Source of the DNA: a bacterium
GTDB lineage: Bacteria; Planctomycetota; UBA8108; UBA1146
DNA length: 64,000 bases
NCBI GenBank assembly: GCA_029976805.1
Contig: JAPOLY010000003.1
Coordinates: 10,223 to 74,222 of the forward strand
Direction: 5' to 3'
Shown here: piece after piece, positions 47,256 to 57,831 of the stretch
Numbering within the stretch: position 1 is the first letter of the stretch
Layout: each line of letters opens with the position of its first letter
Program-made: the position numbers and the translations under genes
Notes under the pieces: model-generated
Told to the model about the DNA's origin: nothing
What the model saw: only the letters and a program-made list of their open reading frames with translations
The model's database searches: none

Positions 47256-48320
47256 GTGAGACCACTTCCCAGCAAACCCCTGTCACCGGAGAGAATCCTC
47301 GTCATTCGGCTCAGTGCCCTCGGCGACGTGATTCAGGTATTACCCGCGATTGAGGCCCTCAGTCGCCTCTTCCCCACATCCCGGATCGACGCGGTCACTG
47401 AATCCCTCTCCTACCCGATCCTCGAGGGCCACCCAAGGATCGATCACCTCCACCGGTTTCCCCGTGGTGAGATTCGCAAGGAATGGCGCACGGCTGAATC
47501 CCGGGGGCAGGCCAGGGAGAGAATGGAAGAACTGAAATACCAACTTCAGAGGACCCACTACGACCTCGTCATCGATTGGCAATCAAACCTTCGCTCAGCG
47601 TGGATTCGAATGCAAACCCACCATCGACACGTTCTGCAGCTCCATCCGGCAGACGGTGGCGAGTTGCCCTTCTGGTGGCCCGGATGGCGCCCCCGAAACC
47701 CTGCGGGAAGAGTTCACCGCATTGAGAGGGCGATGCATCTGGTCCGTGAATTGGGATACCGGGGACCTACTCCCCAGGGGGAGATCGCAGCTCTCTCACC
47801 ACCGTTCTCTGAAGGGGGATCCAGAGCTCCCATCCTGATTCACCCCTTCGTCAGTGCGTTTGGTCGCTTCAAGGAGTGGCCGCTGGGTCATTGGAAAGAG
47901 CTGGCCGGACAATTGGCCCAGAAGAAAGAAACCGTCTGGATCTCCGGAACTCCTGCTGAGAGAGCCGAAGTCGAAGAGTGGGTCCATGATTCTTCACCAC
48001 AGATCGAAATGGCTCCTGAGACCCGGGACACCGCCGACCTTGCGAAGCTGGTTCGTCGGTGTCAGGCGGTAGTGGCTGCAGATACCGGGATTGTTCATCT
48101 CTCAGCCATGCTCGGAATTCCCACCGTTGGTCTTTATGGCCCCAAGGATCCAACAGTGCACGGCCCCCTCGGTCCCCGCGCTGTCGCTCTGCGATCGGGG
48201 GTCCCTTGCTCTCCGTGTCCCTTGCGTGACTGCGAACACTCCCTGTGCATGTCTTCACTCGGGGTTGAGAAGGTCCTGTCCGGACTCGATACTCTGCTCG
48301 ACCCACCTTCAAAAGCGTAA
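47256..48320 (+). CDS. ADP-heptose:LPS heptosyltransferase (GT9 family), second copy
   Basis: ERILVIRLSALGDVIQVLPAIEAL, and a C-terminal ADTGIVHLSAMLGIPTV. The start is approximate (GTG 47256). The 5' part of the long ORF is antisense shadow of the kinase gene. Confidence 0.68.
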   Translation: MRPLPSKPLSPERILVIRLSALGDVIQVLPAIEALSRLFPTSRIDAVTESLSYPILEGHPRIDHLHRFPRGEIRKEWRTAESRGQARERMEELKYQLQRTHYDLVIDWQSNLRSAWIRMQTHHRHVLQLHPADGGELPFWWPGWRPRNPAGRVHRIERAMHLVRELGYRGPTPQGEIAALSPPFSEGGSRAPILIHPFVSAFGRFKEWPLGHWKELAGQLAQKKETVWISGTPAERAEVEEWVHDSSPQIEMAPETRDTADLAKLVRRCQAVVAADTGIVHLSAMLGIPTVGLYGPKDPTVHGPLGPRAVALRSGVPCSPCPLRDCEHSLCMSSLGVEKVLSGLDTLLDPPSKA

Positions 48321-48389
48321 AAGCAGGGATCTGCACTCCCTCCAAAAATCCCGTTGACCTCGTGGCATTCCAGAGAGGATGCTGTGGTC

Positions 48390-49154
48390 ATGAATCGTGA
48401 TCCCCAAAGCACTCCCACTCTGTCCCGTCCGGAAGACGAATCCTCGAACAGCATCGATCACCCCTATCGGTGGAGCGGCAGGATCGTCGCGAGCATCATC
48501 GACAGCTTTATGGGTTCTCTGGAACTGCGCTGGTCCGGTGGCGAAAACGCCAGAAAAGCACTCCAGACTCACGGTAATCTGGTGGTCACTTTCTGGCACG
48601 AATGGGTCCTGCCACTCAGTTTCACTCTGAAATCCAATGGGTTCTGCGCCCTCACCAGTCGTCACCACGATGGTGCACGACTCGGCTCCGCCCTTCGCTG
48701 GCTCGGAGTAGAGGTCTGCCACGGCTCCAGTACCCGGGGTGGTTTGCGCGGATTTCAGGAATTGGAAACACTGGCCCGCACCGGGCTGTCACCGGTGATC
48801 TCCGTGGATGGCCCCAAGGGTCCCCCCTGCATCGCCAAGGAGGGTGCAGCCGCTCTTTCAAGACGATTGCAGATACCGATGATCCCCCTCGGATTTGCGG
48901 CGGAAAAATCGCGACGGTTGAGTACCTGGGACCGAATGATTCTTCCCTGGCCGGGATCCCGGGCGGTGATCGTCGTCGGCGAACCGGTCATGCCGGGGGA
49001 TCGCCGACGAGATGATGCCGGAGTGACGGACGCCCTCGGAGCTTCACTGAATGAAGCCACCGAATCCGCCCGTAACGATTTTGACAACCTGTGGCGTCAG
49101 GGAGCAGGGACTTCACCTCTGGGTGAATCGGGGCTCACTTCTGCAGTGCGATGA
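48390..49154 (+). CDS. DUF374-family protein (lipid-A/Kdo-associated lysophospholipid-acyltransferase-like)
   Basis: LVVTFWHEWVLPL...ALTSRHHDGARL...ISVDGPKGP, as in DUF374. Start is ATG 48390, or GTG 48384 with a GAGGA SD. Confidence 0.6.
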   Translation: MNRDPQSTPTLSRPEDESSNSIDHPYRWSGRIVASIIDSFMGSLELRWSGGENARKALQTHGNLVVTFWHEWVLPLSFTLKSNGFCALTSRHHDGARLGSALRWLGVEVCHGSSTRGGLRGFQELETLARTGLSPVISVDGPKGPPCIAKEGAAALSRRLQIPMIPLGFAAEKSRRLSTWDRMILPWPGSRAVIVVGEPVMPGDRRRDDAGVTDALGASLNEATESARNDFDNLWRQGAGTSPLGESGLTSAVR

Positions 49155-50046
49155 AATCCACGTAGGCGGTAAACTTCTTTCCGCCCAGAAACTGGATTCG
49201 GAAATCCTTCACTCTTGACCACTCAACGATGCCCTGTCCCTTGAAGTTTTTCAGAGGAACCTCGATACGCTTGAGACCCCGGTGCGATTTCATTTGTGCG
49301 ATATAGGCGTTTTGAACCGTCGTCACCTTTGAGAGTCCCTCGTCACTGGTTCCCGGAACCACAAAGACCATTTGGTAGGCGGCCCCCCCTTTGGGCATGT
49401 CCAGATACATGACCAGAGATTTGAAAGACTCCAGATTTTTTGGCAGTGATTTGATCTTCAACTCGCTGGCCTGAGCACTGACTTTCCACTCGAGAGCGCG
49501 CTTCCCTTGCTGAACCAGCTTCTCGTCATCGATGAATTTTTTGCCAAATTTTTCTGAATAACGACGCGATACGCGTTCAAAATCATCGAGCACGACAAAC
49601 AGTTTCGTTTCCATTTCGGTCAGAAACTTTTTGTACTCAGGGCCGATGGGGGATTGGGCAAATCGGGGGTAATTTTTTGCTCCAATACGATAGGCTGCAG
49701 ATTCCTTGCCCCCCTTCGCCTGTTGGATCAGTGCATTCAGTTCATTCGCCCCCTCCGTCGCCAGCATCCAATTGTCGATGTGCATCCGGGTCGCCCGGTT
49801 TTTGGCCTGCTTTCGGGCATCCTTGAACTTCTTGACCGCTTCGGCGTACTCCTTGGCATCGTAGGCAGTCCGCGCCTCTTCAAAGAGTTGGGCACCCACA
49901 GGCTTTTTCCACGCCAGATCAGGATCCTGCTCGGCAAGAAGTTCAGTACCTCCCCAACCCATCAACAGGGACAGACAGAGAACCAGCAAACTCCAGGGGT
50001 TCCGGGTCGTCGGACTCAGCTCAGGAAAATTGGCTCGAAATGACAT
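49135..50046 (-). CDS. Hypothetical secreted protein (Lys-rich)
   Basis: 303 aa. Signal-like LLVLCLSLLMGWGG. No recognised domain. Confidence 0.45.
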   Translation of the reverse strand: MSFRANFPELSPTTRNPWSLLVLCLSLLMGWGGTELLAEQDPDLAWKKPVGAQLFEEARTAYDAKEYAEAVKKFKDARKQAKNRATRMHIDNWMLATEGANELNALIQQAKGGKESAAYRIGAKNYPRFAQSPIGPEYKKFLTEMETKLFVVLDDFERVSRRYSEKFGKKFIDDEKLVQQGKRALEWKVSAQASELKIKSLPKNLESFKSLVMYLDMPKGGAAYQMVFVVPGTSDEGLSKVTTVQNAYIAQMKSHRGLKRIEVPLKNFKGQGIVEWSRVKDFRIQFLGGKKFTAYVDFIALQK

Positions 50047-50160
50047 GGGGTCTCCTTTTGGCCTTCACCGGATCGGTATTCCGGTCGCAATCTCAATTGA
50101 ATCGGGGTTCATCATAATTGTTGGCGAGTTAAGCCTCAAGAAGGGGAACAGAAGAGCGTT

Positions 50161-51129
50161 TCAGGAATTCCCGGACTTCTCTGATTGCCCCCTGGATTTC
50201 CGCTCCATGATCACTTCAGGGGTCGATCTCCAGCGACGGTGCATCCATACCCACTGCTCAGGGTGACGCCGGATGGCCCGTTCGATGGATTCATTCATCT
50301 TTCGGGTCAGCATGAGAACCTGCTCATCTTCCGGCAACTCTGATTCTCCGGTACTGATCTGAATCGGCTCTTCCCACTCAAAACGGTAGGAGTTTCCCGC
50401 ACTCTTGACCAAAAAATAAGGCAATAAAACCGAACCGGTCTTGAGTGCCATCCTTGCCGGAGCAGTAGTGGTATGGGCATCCTCACCCAACAGGGAAACG
50501 TGGACCCCATCCATCGCTCGAATGTCCAGGTCGACCAGCATCGACACCATCTGACCATCCCGCAGGAGTCGAATGACTCTCATCAACGATTGATCCTGAT
50601 AGATCGGCCGGATTCCCAAACGCGTACGAATCCCCTCTACCACTTCCTGCTCCACAGGATCGGGATAACGCTTGGCCAGTATCGGATAACCCTCAGCACC
50701 CGTCGCGGCACCGGCCAGTTCCCATGCACCCAGATGCCCCGAGATCCCGATAACTCCCCCACGCTCACGCAATTCACGAACATGCGTCATGAACTCAGAA
50801 AGATTTTCAATCTCTATGCCACGTCGGCTGTCATTGAGAACCGGAGACCCACTGCTTCGGGCTGCAAGACTGCAACCAGTTACCAGGACCTCACCGAGGT
50901 GAAGAAAATTTTTCAAAGCCAGAGACGTGCGGGTTACCGGACTGAGAGCAGGGTCCAGTCGAGACAACTGGCTCATCGCCCGAAGTCGGTCTCGAGAAAG
51001 AACGGTCCAACCCCAACGACCGAGTCGACGCCCCCATCGACCAGCGGATTGGGGTGAGGGGAAGGAAATCAGGGCTACAAAGCCATGCAGGAGAAGCCGG
51101 CGAATTCCGGCGGAGATTCTCGAAATCAA
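50161..51129 (-). CDS. Lipid A biosynthesis late acyltransferase (LpxL/HtrB family)
   Basis: 322 aa. LPLAT-family pattern with HX4D-like GISGHLGAWE context. The start (TTG) is approximate. Confidence 0.7.
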   Translation of the reverse strand: MISRISAGIRRLLLHGFVALISFPSPQSAGRWGRRLGRWGWTVLSRDRLRAMSQLSRLDPALSPVTRTSLALKNFLHLGEVLVTGCSLAARSSGSPVLNDSRRGIEIENLSEFMTHVRELRERGGVIGISGHLGAWELAGAATGAEGYPILAKRYPDPVEQEVVEGIRTRLGIRPIYQDQSLMRVIRLLRDGQMVSMLVDLDIRAMDGVHVSLLGEDAHTTTAPARMALKTGSVLLPYFLVKSAGNSYRFEWEEPIQISTGESELPEDEQVLMLTRKMNESIERAIRRHPEQWVWMHRRWRSTPEVIMERKSRGQSEKSGNS

Positions 51130-51244
51130 GATGCGAAAGTCTCCTTCCCCTGCAAAAACGGTCCTGACCCGTCATGAAATCCGCTGCAGGCATGGTCAGC
51201 GTCCCACCGCGAAGGTATCATGGAACCACGAACAGGAGAAAACC

Positions 51245-51622
51245 ATGATTCATGTCACCGAAGCAGCCGGCAAGGAGATCTCTCGTCTGACCAGTGAGAA
51301 ACAGGTCAGCGAAGAGGGTGGATTGCGCCTGTTCGTCCAGGGTGGCGGCTGTGCAGGCATGTCCTACGGCATGGACGTGATCGAAAAAGCCGGAGAGAAG
51401 GATCGTGTCTTTGAAGTCGAAGGCGCACGGGTTTTCGTCGATCCCAAATCCTGGCTCTTCCTCAATGGAACCACCGTCGATTTCAAGGAGTCCCTGATGG
51501 GCCGGGGATTTGTCTTTGAGAATCCGAATGCCGATGGTGCTTGCGGCTGTGGAACCTCGTTCAGTGTCGAAAACACTCCTGCACCCGCAACGGCGAATCC
51601 TGATTCCTGCTCCGGAGAATAG
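51245..51622 (+). CDS. erpA: Iron-sulfur cluster insertion protein (HesB/IscA/ErpA family)
   Basis: GGGCAGMSY and C-terminal GCGTSF motifs. ATG is preceded by AGGAGA. Confidence 0.85.
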   Translation: MIHVTEAAGKEISRLTSEKQVSEEGGLRLFVQGGGCAGMSYGMDVIEKAGEKDRVFEVEGARVFVDPKSWLFLNGTTVDFKESLMGRGFVFENPNADGACGCGTSFSVENTPAPATANPDSCSGE

Positions 51623-51711
51623 TCGGATCTCTTTTCAGCAGTGGGAAAACCCGCTGAGGCTGAGGCCAAAACTTCTGAGCCGATGAATCTGGCGAATAAT
51701 CCCATCCGCCA

Positions 51712-52800
51712 TCAATCACCTGCGAAGACATCCCCCAGCATGAGTCCCGGATCAGGTGGTGACTGGTCCTTGCTTGCGAGAGCGTTTTCAGCGAGAGCCT
51801 CGACCTTCGCGGTTTCCTCCGCTTCCCACTGCTCCAATTGATCAGACCCCGTACCTCCTCGGTGATCCCGCAACCAGGATTCGAAGCAACCGATCGGCTC
51901 CTTGAGTGCCCAGCCACTGAAGTCTTCCGAAGAAAAGATCGCTCTCGCTTCGGCTTCGTCGTGGGTGGCGTGTCCGCCAAAACGGAAGGTTCTCGCCAGA
52001 ATCACCACCGGGCCCTCACCGGCAACGCAGATTTCACGAGCCTGACGCACGCAGGCATGGACGTCGAGAATGTGATTGCCATCACACTCCAGTCCTGTCA
52101 CCCCGTAGGAGGCAGCCATTCCGCGCAGACTGTCATCCAACCGGGGGTCTCTGCGGGTCCCGAGTGCAACGGCGTTATCCTGAACCATGACGATCAGTGG
52201 TAATCTTCTCGCGGAAGCCAGCGACAACCCTTCATGCACTGCTCCGGTTCGTGTCGATCCGTCACCCACCCAGGTCAAAGCAACCTTTTGCTCCTGGCGA
52301 AGCTGAAATGAAAGTGCAAACCCTGCACAGACAGGAACCAGATCCCCCACATGACTGATAGGTGCGACCACGCCGTATTTCAAGTCACCGAAGTGGAGAT
52401 CGCGTCCCTTGGTGACACCATCTCCCGTCGCCAAATAGGAACGGAATGATTCCTCCATCGGCAAACCACGCTCAAACGTGGCTGCGGCGTTACGAATCAT
52501 CGGGCCAACCACGTCTCCATCCCCGAGAGCATGGCATGCGCCCACCGTCACCGCTTCCTCACCGGTTCCCAGCCAGGCTTTGGTGATCACACCGGTTCTC
52601 ACCCAACGCTTGAGTGTGATGTCGTGGATCCTGGACCTGATCAAACCGCGATATAGGTTCTCAAGCCCGTCCTCGCCCAATGACTGAAGGCTCTTTTCAA
52701 TCTCAGGTTCACCCATGCGTGCTGAATAATCGGCCATTACTTTCGGGTCCGGCTGCCATTCACGGTACTCGGGCGGATCATAAGCGGGGTAAATCTTCAT
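51712..52800 (-). CDS. TPP-dependent 2-oxoacid dehydrogenase E1 component alpha subunit (no adjacent beta subunit)
   Basis: E1-alpha family pattern (GQEA-like TGEEAVTVGA, GDG...G, VMVQDNAVALGT). ATG overlaps the upstream stop. Confidence 0.75.
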   Translation of the reverse strand: MKIYPAYDPPEYREWQPDPKVMADYSARMGEPEIEKSLQSLGEDGLENLYRGLIRSRIHDITLKRWVRTGVITKAWLGTGEEAVTVGACHALGDGDVVGPMIRNAAATFERGLPMEESFRSYLATGDGVTKGRDLHFGDLKYGVVAPISHVGDLVPVCAGFALSFQLRQEQKVALTWVGDGSTRTGAVHEGLSLASARRLPLIVMVQDNAVALGTRRDPRLDDSLRGMAASYGVTGLECDGNHILDVHACVRQAREICVAGEGPVVILARTFRFGGHATHDEAEARAIFSSEDFSGWALKEPIGCFESWLRDHRGGTGSDQLEQWEAEETAKVEALAENALASKDQSPPDPGLMLGDVFAGD

Positions 52801-53660
52801 CGTTGAATCACCTCTCCAAGCCAGGCAGTTATCAGCGCGATCGCAGTTTCGGCATGTTCATGCCCTCCCGGATGGGGATGGGTCATGCCAAAAGTATGTC
52901 CTGCACCTTCAATCAATTCTCGACGTGATAGAGGATGCGAACATGCTGCAAACAGATGGTCGAGAGATTCTATCCCGACCGCAGGATCTTCTGTCCCGTG
53001 AATTCCCAAAAACGGGATTCCACTGGAGGCCAGTGCACGGACAGGGTCGTATTTTTCGGTATGGGCAATGTAGTCTTCCAGTACAGAAATTTCCTGCTTC
53101 AGGACCTCTCCTGTTCTGGCATTGACGATTTCCCGGTGCCCGGTTTTTTTCCACAGATCCAGTTCATCCTGAGAAAGCCGCATCAAGTCATGGGGAGTTC
53201 CCAGGGTGATGACTCCCCGCAAGTCGACCACCTCGTCTGAGACAGACCTGTTTTGCTCACTTGCACTCCCCAGGGCAGCAACAATCCCCCCGCGGGAGTG
53301 GCCGAGCAAAACCACGGGATTGGCGGCTGGAATCCATTCCGAGTGGAGAAGTGCATTCAGATCTTCAAGATCATGGGTCAGGGTTTGTCGGGAGAACTTT
53401 TCCGGTTCGTCGAATTCGTTGAGGGCAGGACCCACCCCGCACATCGTCGGGTTCACCGAGACCACTCGATATCCCGCCTTGCAAATCAGTGAACAGAACC
53501 AGGGCCAACCGCCCCAATCCTTGAATCCCTTGAATCCGGGTATGAAAACAATTGTGGCAGCTTCACCCATGACCTCATCAGGCTCAAAAACGGATAGCCG
53601 AAGAGTTCGATCGGGAGTTACCCGCATTTCCCCATTGGCAAAGGAAGTCGGTGAGTTCAT
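52797..53660 (-). CDS. Alpha/beta-fold hydrolase
   Basis: GHSRGG nucleophile elbow, followed later by D and H (GAGHTFG). Confidence 0.65.
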   Translation of the reverse strand: MNSPTSFANGEMRVTPDRTLRLSVFEPDEVMGEAATIVFIPGFKGFKDWGGWPWFCSLICKAGYRVVSVNPTMCGVGPALNEFDEPEKFSRQTLTHDLEDLNALLHSEWIPAANPVVLLGHSRGGIVAALGSASEQNRSVSDEVVDLRGVITLGTPHDLMRLSQDELDLWKKTGHREIVNARTGEVLKQEISVLEDYIAHTEKYDPVRALASSGIPFLGIHGTEDPAVGIESLDHLFAACSHPLSRRELIEGAGHTFGMTHPHPGGHEHAETAIALITAWLGEVIQR

Positions 53661-54973
53661 GGGGAACGGTGCCCCGCAAGGACCTTCTCAATCACGGCCT
53701 CAATCGACAACTCTTCCTGTAATCCCGCTTCCATATCCCTGAACTGAACCGTTCCGGCACGGGATTCCTCGACACCGATGACAGCGACGTAGGGAATGTC
53801 TGACTTCTGGGCGAATTGAAGCTGTTTTTTGACTTTGGCAGCCTTCGGATAGACGAGGGTTTCAATCCCTGCACTCCTGAATCGTGAAGCGGCAGCAAAA
53901 CTGGCAGGAGCCAAGTCATCCGAGAAGAGTACGACCAGCATCTGGGCCGGTTGCTTCTCCCCCGAGAGCAATTCAAGTTCACCCAGAGCATAGAAGAGAC
54001 GATCTATTCCGAGGCTGATCCCGATGGCAGGAAGATCCTTGCCAGAGAACATGCCCACAAGATCGTCATAACGCCCGCCACTCATGACCGATCCGACCTG
54101 GGGCAGCTCATCGAGAAATGTTTCGTAGACAAGACCCGTGTAATAGCTCAAACCACGGGCGATAGACGGGTCGATTTGGCAACTGGAAGCGATGCCAGCG
54201 GCATCGACGATCTCGAGAATCGAGTGCATTCGGTCGAGGGCCTCATTCGCCAGATCGTCATCTCCAAGGATGGAACGGATGTGATCGAGCACCCCTGCAG
54301 GATCCTTCTGATCACAGAGGACCACCTCCAAAACCTTGTCCAGACCGGATTCATCCAAACCCGGAATTTTTGCAACCTCGGCGCGAAACTTCTCTTCACC
54401 AATCTTGTCGAGCTTGTCGAGGATTCGCAAAAAGTCTGCTTCAGTCGCACCCTCAAGGCCCACCAGTCGACAAAGAGCCGTCAATATTCCGCGGTGATTG
54501 ATCCGCAAGCGGTAGGACTCGATGCCAAATCGCTGCATGACTGCAGCACCAATGACCAGCATCTCCGCATCGGCAGCAGCACTGTCGACCCCGATCAGAT
54601 CGACGTCACATTGCATGAATTCCCGAAACCTTCCGCGAGCAGGCTTTTCGGCTCGCCAGACTGGAGCAATTTGATATCTGCGGAAGGGCATGCCGATATC
54701 ACCGTGCTCTGCAAGAACTCTGGCCAACGGAACCGTCAGGTCATATCGCAAGGCCACGTCACGATCCCCATTATCGCGAAAGCGATACAACAACATCTCG
54801 CCTTCGTCCCCGTATTTGCCAGTCAAGACCTCAGCATATTCGAGGGCAGGAGTCATCAATGGAGGATATCCATGCTGCTCAAAGACTTCTCTGACAGAAG
54901 ACAACATGCGCTCTTTTTGCAGCATTTCCCCGGGGAGATAATCCCGGAATCCCTTGAGGCACTGAACCTTCAT
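53657..54973 (-). CDS. hisS: Histidyl-tRNA synthetase
   Basis: The N-terminal KGFRDYLPGE and the class-II motifs are those of HisS. Start at ATG 54973. Confidence 0.9.
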   Translation of the reverse strand: MKVQCLKGFRDYLPGEMLQKERMLSSVREVFEQHGYPPLMTPALEYAEVLTGKYGDEGEMLLYRFRDNGDRDVALRYDLTVPLARVLAEHGDIGMPFRRYQIAPVWRAEKPARGRFREFMQCDVDLIGVDSAAADAEMLVIGAAVMQRFGIESYRLRINHRGILTALCRLVGLEGATEADFLRILDKLDKIGEEKFRAEVAKIPGLDESGLDKVLEVVLCDQKDPAGVLDHIRSILGDDDLANEALDRMHSILEIVDAAGIASSCQIDPSIARGLSYYTGLVYETFLDELPQVGSVMSGGRYDDLVGMFSGKDLPAIGISLGIDRLFYALGELELLSGEKQPAQMLVVLFSDDLAPASFAAASRFRSAGIETLVYPKAAKVKKQLQFAQKSDIPYVAVIGVEESRAGTVQFRDMEAGLQEELSIEAVIEKVLAGHRSP

Positions 54974-55107
54974 CGTTCCTCCAGATCCTATGGGCACACT
55001 ATCCTGAGAAGCCCGGCCAAGGGCAAGTGGAAGCCACCCCCGGGGAGGAATTCAGGACATTATCACGATCGTCGACACCCTCGGGGACGGGGATCCGGAC
55101 ACGAGAC

Positions 55108-56292
55108 TCAGCGTAAAAGCCCCAGATCCTTGCCGACTTCGGTAAAGACACCGATGGCGTGATCGATCTGTTCAGTGGTATGGCCCGCTGAAATCTGGAC
55201 CCGAATCCGGGCCTGCCCCTTGGGTACAACCGGGTAGGAGAAACCGACGACAAAGATGCCGCGCTCGTTCATCGCTGTCGCCATTTCCATCGTCTTGCGC
55301 TCGTCACCGATCATGATCGGCACGATAGGATGGTCTCCGGCAGCGATGTCAAATCCGGCTGCGGACATTCCGTCGCGGAACTGGAGGGTATTTTCACGAG
55401 ACTTGCGCACCCTCTCAGGCTCTGCATCGATGAGGTCGAGGACACGGATTCCGGCGGTGACGATGGTCGGTGCCAAAGTATTGGAAAAGAGATAGGGTCG
55501 CGATCTCTGACGAAGAATCTCAACAATTTCACGGTGACCGCTGGTGAATCCACCACTGGCACCACCAAGAGCCTTGCCCAAGGTACTGGTAATGATGTCG
55601 ACCCGATCCTGAACGCCGAAGTACTCCGGTGTACCACGGCCGGTTTCTCCGACAAAACCGGTCGCATGACTGTCGTCGACGACCAGTATTGCATCATGAC
55701 GGTCACAAAGATCTGCGATCTCTGCCAACGGTGCCAAAACCCCGTGCATGCTGAACGCACCATCCGTCACAACCAGGCGTGTTCTCGAGCTGGCCGATTC
55801 GGACAGACACCTTTCCAGATCCTGCATGTCTCTGTGTTTGTATCGAAACCTTGAGGCCTTGCACAAACGGACACCGTCAATGATGGAAGCATGATTCAAC
55901 TCGTCAGAAATCACGGCATCCTCAGGCCCGAGAATCGTCTCGAAAAGTCCTGCATTAGCGTCAAAGCAGGAGGTGTACAGGATCGTATCTTCGGTCCCGA
56001 GGAATCTGGAGATCCGCTCCTCCAACTGCTTGTGGATATCCTGGGTTCCACAAATAAATCTTACAGAACTCAGGCCGAATCCATGGGAATCAAGAGCTTC
56101 TCTTGCGGCACCGATGATTTCCGGATGACTGGAAAGCCCCAGATAATTGTTTGCACAAAAATTCAGGGCTTCGCCCTCTGCTGTCGCAATCTGTGATCCC
56201 TGGGGAGAAGTGATGACTCTTTCGTGCTTCCAAAGACCTGCTTCTTCAATCGATTGCAGTTCTTCAACAAAACGGTCTCTTGCAGAAAACAT
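55108..56292 (-). CDS. kbl: 2-amino-3-ketobutyrate CoA ligase (glycine C-acetyltransferase)
   Basis: AONS/Kbl family with the PLP-Lys context STLGKALGGASGG. Lies downstream of tdh. Confidence 0.85.
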   Translation of the reverse strand: MFSARDRFVEELQSIEEAGLWKHERVITSPQGSQIATAEGEALNFCANNYLGLSSHPEIIGAAREALDSHGFGLSSVRFICGTQDIHKQLEERISRFLGTEDTILYTSCFDANAGLFETILGPEDAVISDELNHASIIDGVRLCKASRFRYKHRDMQDLERCLSESASSRTRLVVTDGAFSMHGVLAPLAEIADLCDRHDAILVVDDSHATGFVGETGRGTPEYFGVQDRVDIITSTLGKALGGASGGFTSGHREIVEILRQRSRPYLFSNTLAPTIVTAGIRVLDLIDAEPERVRKSRENTLQFRDGMSAAGFDIAAGDHPIVPIMIGDERKTMEMATAMNERGIFVVGFSYPVVPKGQARIRVQISAGHTTEQIDHAIGVFTEVGKDLGLLR

Positions 56293-56379
56293 CTGTCACT
56301 CTCTTCCTTCCCAAACCCCTACAAGGCCGGGACACTCTTTCACATCAATCTGTGAGCGTCGTCATAAACCACGGGTGAC

Positions 56380-57429
56380 TCAAACCCCTTCACCGGGAAA
56401 CATCACCACTTTTCCGCACTGGCCCTCACGAATCAATTCGAAGGCGGTCTCATAATCTTCGAGGGCAATCTTGTGCGTCACAATCGGAGAGAGATCCAGT
56501 CCCTCTTCGAGGAGTCGATTCATGTCTTTCCATGTATCCCAAACCTTGCGGCCAATGATCCCCTGAAGACGGGAGCCCTTGAAAATCACATCTCTGGCGA
56601 GATCGACCGAAACCCGATCGGAAGGCACACCAAAGAATCGGAAGTCGCCTCCCCGGGCCAAACAACGGAGGCCATCCTCGATGGCCTTGTCATTGCCGGA
56701 CATTTCAAAGACTACGTCGGCACCCTTGCCATCCGTCTTTTTCATATAGGCGTCAACAAGGTCCACTTCCATCGGGTTCCAAGCTTCATCCGCACCCAAT
56801 GCCCTGGCCAGATCCAGGCGGTAGGACTGAACGTCCACGGCGGTCACGGAACGCGCTCCACACTTTCGGGCGATGGCCATACTGAAAAGTCCTGTGGGGC
56901 CGCAGCCCGTGACAAGAACATCCTTGCCGGAGACACTTCCGGACATCGCCACATGAACCGAATTGCCCAAGGGTTCCTGAAGCGTGGCAATCTCAACGGG
57001 CAAGCCCTCAGGAGATTTCCACACACAGCGTTCCGGCATGACGATCTGTTCTGCAAAACAGCCATCTCTTTGGACGCCAATAATTTTTTCATTCTCACAG
57101 ATGTGGGCTTGACCCTCGGTGCAGTGACGACAGGTTCCACAGAACACATGGGATTCTGCTGCAACCTTGTCCCCCACTTTGAATCCGCTGACCGCAGATC
57201 CGACTTCGATGACTTCGCCACAAAACTCATGGCCTACAATTAGTGGCTGAGAAACCTTGGATTGTGCCCACCGGTCCCAATTGTAAATGTGCAAATCAGT
57301 TCCACAGACGGAAGTCGCTTCCACACGGATGCGGACATCTCCCGACTCCATTGTGGGAACAGGCCGTTCTTCCAATCGCAACCCTGGCTCAGGGCCGGGT
57401 TTGACCAGAGCTTTCATCATTTCGCTCAT
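56380..57429 (-). CDS. tdh: L-threonine 3-dehydrogenase
   Basis: Zn-ADH fold with the TDH-typical N-terminus (MKALVKPGP...VCGTDLHIY). Confidence 0.88.
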   Translation of the reverse strand: MSEMMKALVKPGPEPGLRLEERPVPTMESGDVRIRVEATSVCGTDLHIYNWDRWAQSKVSQPLIVGHEFCGEVIEVGSAVSGFKVGDKVAAESHVFCGTCRHCTEGQAHICENEKIIGVQRDGCFAEQIVMPERCVWKSPEGLPVEIATLQEPLGNSVHVAMSGSVSGKDVLVTGCGPTGLFSMAIARKCGARSVTAVDVQSYRLDLARALGADEAWNPMEVDLVDAYMKKTDGKGADVVFEMSGNDKAIEDGLRCLARGGDFRFFGVPSDRVSVDLARDVIFKGSRLQGIIGRKVWDTWKDMNRLLEEGLDLSPIVTHKIALEDYETAFELIREGQCGKVVMFPGEGV

Positions 57430-57831
57430 TGGTGATCACCTCTGATTTCACAGGACATGCCCGTGGATTTCATTGTTCTCAACTGACATGTCCCGGAGTG
57501 GGGTCTATGGGGATTTCTCCAAACCGATCGGGGACGTATCGCTTTGTGCCCTGATGTTAGCGTTTCGACCAGATCACTGAAAGCGATACAAAGCTCTCCC
57601 CTCACCCGACACGACCCTTTCCCGTACCAATTTTCGTCCAAAATTGGCTCCAACAACCCACTGACGATCTTGCCCCAACCCGAATTCATGGTTCAAATAC
57701 GGGGTATAGGTTTCGATCGTTATGATACCGCCGCTGATGCGGTCGAAATCGGGAATTCCCGATTTGTATTTTTCCGGGTAACCACCCTTTCCCGGATTCC
57801 TCATATGACCTCTTAAAGGTCAGGAGCTGTC

